Shown here piece by piece: positions 61,201 to 64,000 of a stretch of 64,000 bases of DNA (positions within the stretch are counted from its first letter, which is position 1; each line of letters opens with the position of its first letter). The notes under the pieces were generated by a model. It made no database searches, had not been told where the DNA came from, and saw nothing but the letters and a program-made list of their open reading frames with translations. The stretch is from a virus. The position numbers and the translations under genes are program-made. The stretch lies in IMG/VR virus record IMGVR_UViG_3300045988_016718; one strand, given 5' to 3'.

Positions 61201-64000
61201 TTTGATTTTCTGTTTGGTAATTCTACTCTTGATAACACTATTCAGCAATGATTGTATTCTCAAAGCTTGTGAAGGGTCATCAAGTGGTATTGTAAACTCT
61301 CCTTGTTCATTAAGGGATAATGCTTCAAGTAGGTCTGTACCATACCTTGGATTGTTTCTTACTTCACTTTGAAGAATCTTCTCAACTTCTTTTGGACTAC
61401 CAAATATCTTCTGTACTTCTTCAAACTTCTCTCTGATATTGGCAACATTAACTGCATTGAAGTAGTCAAACCATTGGGCTTTAGTCATTGATTTCTTACC
61501 ATAAGTAAGTATTGCATCATCTGCAATATCAGCACCTATTAACCTTCTAATTTGAGTACCTACTAACTGTTCTTTGTCAATACCATGTTCAGGAGTTGCA
61601 GTCTGAATACCATAGTCATTATAGTCAAACTCATGCACATAATTAGGATTAGCCATACCTGATGCTACACCAGTACTTTGTTCAAGTACTTCCATAACTT
61701 CTTCATAGCTTTCAACACCATTTATGTCAATTACACCTTGTTTACCATCCTTGACTGTGCTCTCAAACTGTATGACATCTATCTCATACTTCTTCATGAA
61801 GTCTGACATAGCTTTCATTTTGGGAGAAGCAAGTATTTCACCAAAGATAGCCTGTGTCAAAAGAATCATCTCCGAGTTCTTATTTTGTGTAGGAACCCTT
61901 ATCTGACCTTCATCAACCTGATTACTTTGGTTACTTTGAGTATATAAGTAAGGCTTTCTGGTATTCCACAGTACAGTGAAATCTCTTGCTGACCACTTAT
62001 TATCCTTGAAGTTATTATATGCATCCTCTTCTTCTTGTGACCACATATCAGCCATGATTTGAGTAGCTCTAAAGCTATCAAGACTTCTATATGCTTGAGC
62101 ATCAGCAACATTCACCTTTTCATACTTACCTAAGATGACAGCTCTATCATAATCAGTAAGTTCTCCTTTGGCTACCTTTGCATCAACTACTTCCTTAATG
62201 TCATCAAAAGATAAGGATTTGTGCTCATCATCCTTCAAGTATATAGTCCTTTCCTTTCTAGGTTCACCATTAGCATCCCTAGCCAGTACAGGATTTCCAT
62301 TCCAAGTAGCAAGAGTATTCAGTCTCTCTGATGGAGCATGAACCTGTTTGTTTCTCTTCTGAAAATCCTCAAGGTCTTTATAATAAGCTAAGTCAGTAGT
62401 AAGCATTTGTATCATCTGACTTTGGGCATAAGTACTATTCCAATACCATTCCTTTAAGTCTGATATTACACCATCTTCACTGTATCTATTGAAGTTTACA
62501 AACTTGGCATCTTTGGCATCACTTACTCTGTCAAATACACCAATCTTTCTCCAATTCTCAACTGCAAGATTAAACCTGTCATTCATGATATCTGTTACAG
62601 TATCCTTGATGAACTGATTTACTTCTTCCAATGTGGCATTGTTCTTGATATTGGCTAATGCTTCTTCAAAGCTTAAACCATCAAACTTCATTGTATTGAG
62701 TTCAGGGAAGAACTTAAATTCAGCACCACCTTTTGACTTCTTGGTAATATCAAAGTTTCCTATCTCATCAACACCAGATTCAGCTCTTTTCTTGACTAAA
62801 GCTATCCTGTCTAGTTCCTGTTTAACAAGTGTAATCATCTTATCACTTATAACATTCTCATAGTCAGCAATATATCTCTTCTGTCTAATGAACTCTGCAC
62901 TCTGGCTATCTGACAACATAGGTACTTGATACCAAGCAAAACCTGTATCTTCCTTACTAGGTTCAGCAAAATATTGGTTAAACAAAGCTAATGTAGCATC
63001 AAGTGCACTCCACCTGCTATATTCCTTTCTGTTGAACTCAAGAAGAACCATGTGGTCAAGTTTATCTCTTACCCTTTGGTCATTCCTTATATCCTCAATC
63101 CATTGATTTCTCCATACTCCATTCTTGTTGAACCATTCTACAGCACCATACTCTGCATCAATAAACTCTTCAAAACCTTCTCTCCTTAGCTTCTTAAGTA
63201 AGGTAGTCAAGTATGAAGGATTCACATGAGCATATCTGGTTTTATCACCTTGTCTTACACTACTTTCAACAGTATCTTCATCAACAAAGTTGAATACTTC
63301 TGCAATACTATTGAACTGACTACCATAGATGTTTACCAAGTCTGCTGGTTGTCCATCAGTTACCTTATCATTGCCTTTATTAAGGTCATAATATATGGTT
63401 CTTAATGCCTCAAGTACTTGTCTGATTGCTACTGGATAGGAAGTATTATCTATTGCATAATTCAGAGACTCTTGCAATGTTTGTTTTCCAATGGAAATAC
63501 CCAACATATTAAGTGCTTTCATAAGGTCATCGTTGACCTTAGTGTCATTAGACAATCTAATCTCATCTTCTCTATCAACTCTTGAGAACTGGCTAAGGAT
63601 ATTGTTAACAAGTTCAAGACCAGTTTTAGCTTTAGATAGATGAATGTCACCATTCTTATCATATAAGCTGTCACTATCCAATATGTTACCAAATTCATAG
63701 TTGTCTCTCCATTCATCAAAGTAATGAGCTGTACCTTCTGCCTTATTGATAGACATAGTTTCAGTCTTGAATGAACCATCACCTATTGCTTTTCTTTTCT
63801 GAATCCAATAGCTTAAATAATCCTTTCTATATGCTCTGTAGAAGGCAGTGAATACTTGATTGTCAGACTCAACTTTCTGCAATATCTGTCTAGCCCAAGG
63901 TTTCCTTGATGCAAGTTTATTAAGCATAGGTATCATGTCTCTAGCATCTACCATATCCCTAAGACCTTGTATCAATTCTGAATGAACATAAGAAGGTTCA
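58282..64000 (-). CDS. crAss-type virion RNA polymerase (giant, partial; N-terminus beyond the window)
   Basis: The reading frame stays open to the window edge, and the codon at 63975 is a TTG. It has the metal-binding motif AGSDFDVDKMYV (DFDVD at 60835-60849, minus strand). This motif resembles the DxDxD of double-psi-beta-barrel RNAPs and of phi14:2 gp66-like vRNAPs. Confidence 0.7.
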   Translation of the reverse strand, partial: EPSYVHSELIQGLRDMVDARDMIPMLNKLASRKPWARQILQKVESDNQVFTAFYRAYRKDYLSYWIQKRKAIGDGSFKTETMSINKAEGTAHYFDEWRDNYEFGNILDSDSLYDKNGDIHLSKAKTGLELVNNILSQFSRVDREDEIRLSNDTKVNDDLMKALNMLGISIGKQTLQESLNYAIDNTSYPVAIRQVLEALRTIYYDLNKGNDKVTDGQPADLVNIYGSQFNSIAEVFNFVDEDTVESSVRQGDKTRYAHVNPSYLTTLLKKLRREGFEEFIDAEYGAVEWFNKNGVWRNQWIEDIRNDQRVRDKLDHMVLLEFNRKEYSRWSALDATLALFNQYFAEPSKEDTGFAWYQVPMLSDSQSAEFIRQKRYIADYENVISDKMITLVKQELDRIALVKKRAESGVDEIGNFDITKKSKGGAEFKFFPELNTMKFDGLSFEEALANIKNNATLEEVNQFIKDTVTDIMNDRFNLAVENWRKIGVFDRVSDAKDAKFVNFNRYSEDGVISDLKEWYWNSTYAQSQMIQMLTTDLAYYKDLEDFQKRNKQVHAPSERLNTLATWNGNPVLARDANGEPRKERTIYLKDDEHKSLSFDDIKEVVDAKVAKGELTDYDRAVILGKYEKVNVADAQAYRSLDSFRATQIMADMWSQEEEDAYNNFKDNKWSARDFTVLWNTRKPYLYTQSNQSNQVDEGQIRVPTQNKNSEMILLTQAIFGEILASPKMKAMSDFMKKYEIDVIQFESTVKDGKQGVIDINGVESYEEVMEVLEQSTGVASGMANPNYVHEFDYNDYGIQTATPEHGIDKEQLVGTQIRRLIGADIADDAILTYGKKSMTKAQWFDYFNAVNVANIREKFEEVQKIFGSPKEVEKILQSEVRNNPRYGTDLLEALSLNEQGEFTIPLDDPSQALRIQSLLNSVIKSRITKQKIKGGALIQASAYGLARKPQMVFEGEGENKKLKYMECYLPCPSEKLYDLLLDPNTHELDINKKDESGKFIVPEKLREVIGYRVPTEDKYSMAPLRVIGFLPRQVGSVIILPEDITTIAGSDFDVDKMYVMFHDFYLEDFDRARARKDFEKANAGTADLINQMLGLEEDIEENDVYKEWFKENQDMYRHDTPKVVPYKYNYNKVGGDSKMDIYNNAKANNKPQRDSQMIDLMWSVLTNSDTAGKFLNPGGFDEQKRTARLATILQNNTLDQLKSKYGGVDKLLNYSLDELDNIVKESKQVLNPLTPDTWVNLHQRNMSGASLIGIAANHNASHALMQSTQLGIAPEYVLTINGHQYNSFHDIKNAEGKFITRNVSGFLAAFVDNAKDPIAGDMNFNMVTADIAFTLLRMGHSPMTTGLIISQPIVREITEMIENTRRGMTDVINEVLEKYKKLAGGENINTRDKINSHNFTDSELASNIAAANNPSGNSSNIEEAQFFGNQLMVGYMFSKLSKLSTALGDLTQATRADTQNGAAGPSIAANVVKIERVDDLLEKSQQEGYPLTGIDFIGFGMDENTIINSPTPILQAMFTYGIEGTEDMFKPYVPYYNDNYNKAIAMLKDVTKFGRLDEKTRNSIYNDILTYYMSQYSQFGADDTRTAQEKRDYFINQFPQEFAKFKEAHPELSKLSFINRLKVIGRTKYNPVPSIVFTNVGKITPMQKEQYIRDWTTLLYMNEETSQMAKDLFTYNYFKGFGFSPSGFGHLTSTQVKLNSRDYIRSLREVMTNPIDVNNFWRQYVRNHMDNRSLVPDVSKSSIEVGVDTEGFNIKLDKYSSFDDKQLAKPFDPSTDKEFTYHEYVYFNVKGRDMYFQLINVDAGTAEYSRIKPLGLKNQYVEYQYGMDASAMESVVSSAEPSTSFNDIYDDYTPVEDTRDIRDVPHPISDVARVLGYEVSEDMINELANLTPNDFDPASGESFCL

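Noticed and set aside
1-64000. Lysogeny, DGR or defence-island content (integrase, reverse transcriptase, template/variable repeat pairs, toxin-antitoxin pairs).
   Set aside because: No integrase-like or RT-like motifs (for example YxDD) were seen in any translated ORF. No near-identical DNA repeat pair flanks the fibre genes. The absence may only reflect the limits of this window.

Overview
The window looks like about 64 kb of a crAss-like (Crassvirales-type) podophage of a Bacteroidota host. It is AT-rich, and every gene from 1 to 54.2 kb is on the + strand. From left to right it contains five parts. (1) An accessory block at 1.0-5.3 kb holds 25 hand-folded tRNA genes that cover all 20 amino acids. 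Interleaved with them are two paralogous HNH endonucleases, a ferredoxin-thioredoxin-reductase-like Cys-rich protein, a Dps/ferritin-like protein and small ORFs. (2) Small genes follow, including a GroES-like one, then the large terminase (8290-10557) and the portal (10626-13061). (3) Next come fibre or tailspike genes with an AT-rich swapped-looking core, a lysis-like cassette and small genes. (4) The head module has a scaffold-like gene and the major capsid protein (23847-25358). It is followed by two tandem paralogous about 1000-1200 aa fibre proteins with C-terminal GH16-like glycanase domains. (5) A giant 1747-aa tail protein and three large putative ejection or cargo proteins follow. One of them is about 1985 aa and contains a canonical PD-(D/E)xK nuclease domain. 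At 54.25 kb a bidirectional terminator separates this arm from two convergent giant minus-strand genes. The second of these carries the DFDxD motif of the crAss-type virion RNA polymerase and runs off the window edge. A Bacteroides-type promoter motif (TTTG-N20-TAnnTTTG, extended core TACTTACCTTTGCA) recurs 8 times in front of modules. Strong hairpin plus T-tract terminators close most modules. All calls were made by eye from the sequence and ORF translations, and no database search was possible. tRNA coordinates may be off by 1-3 nt.
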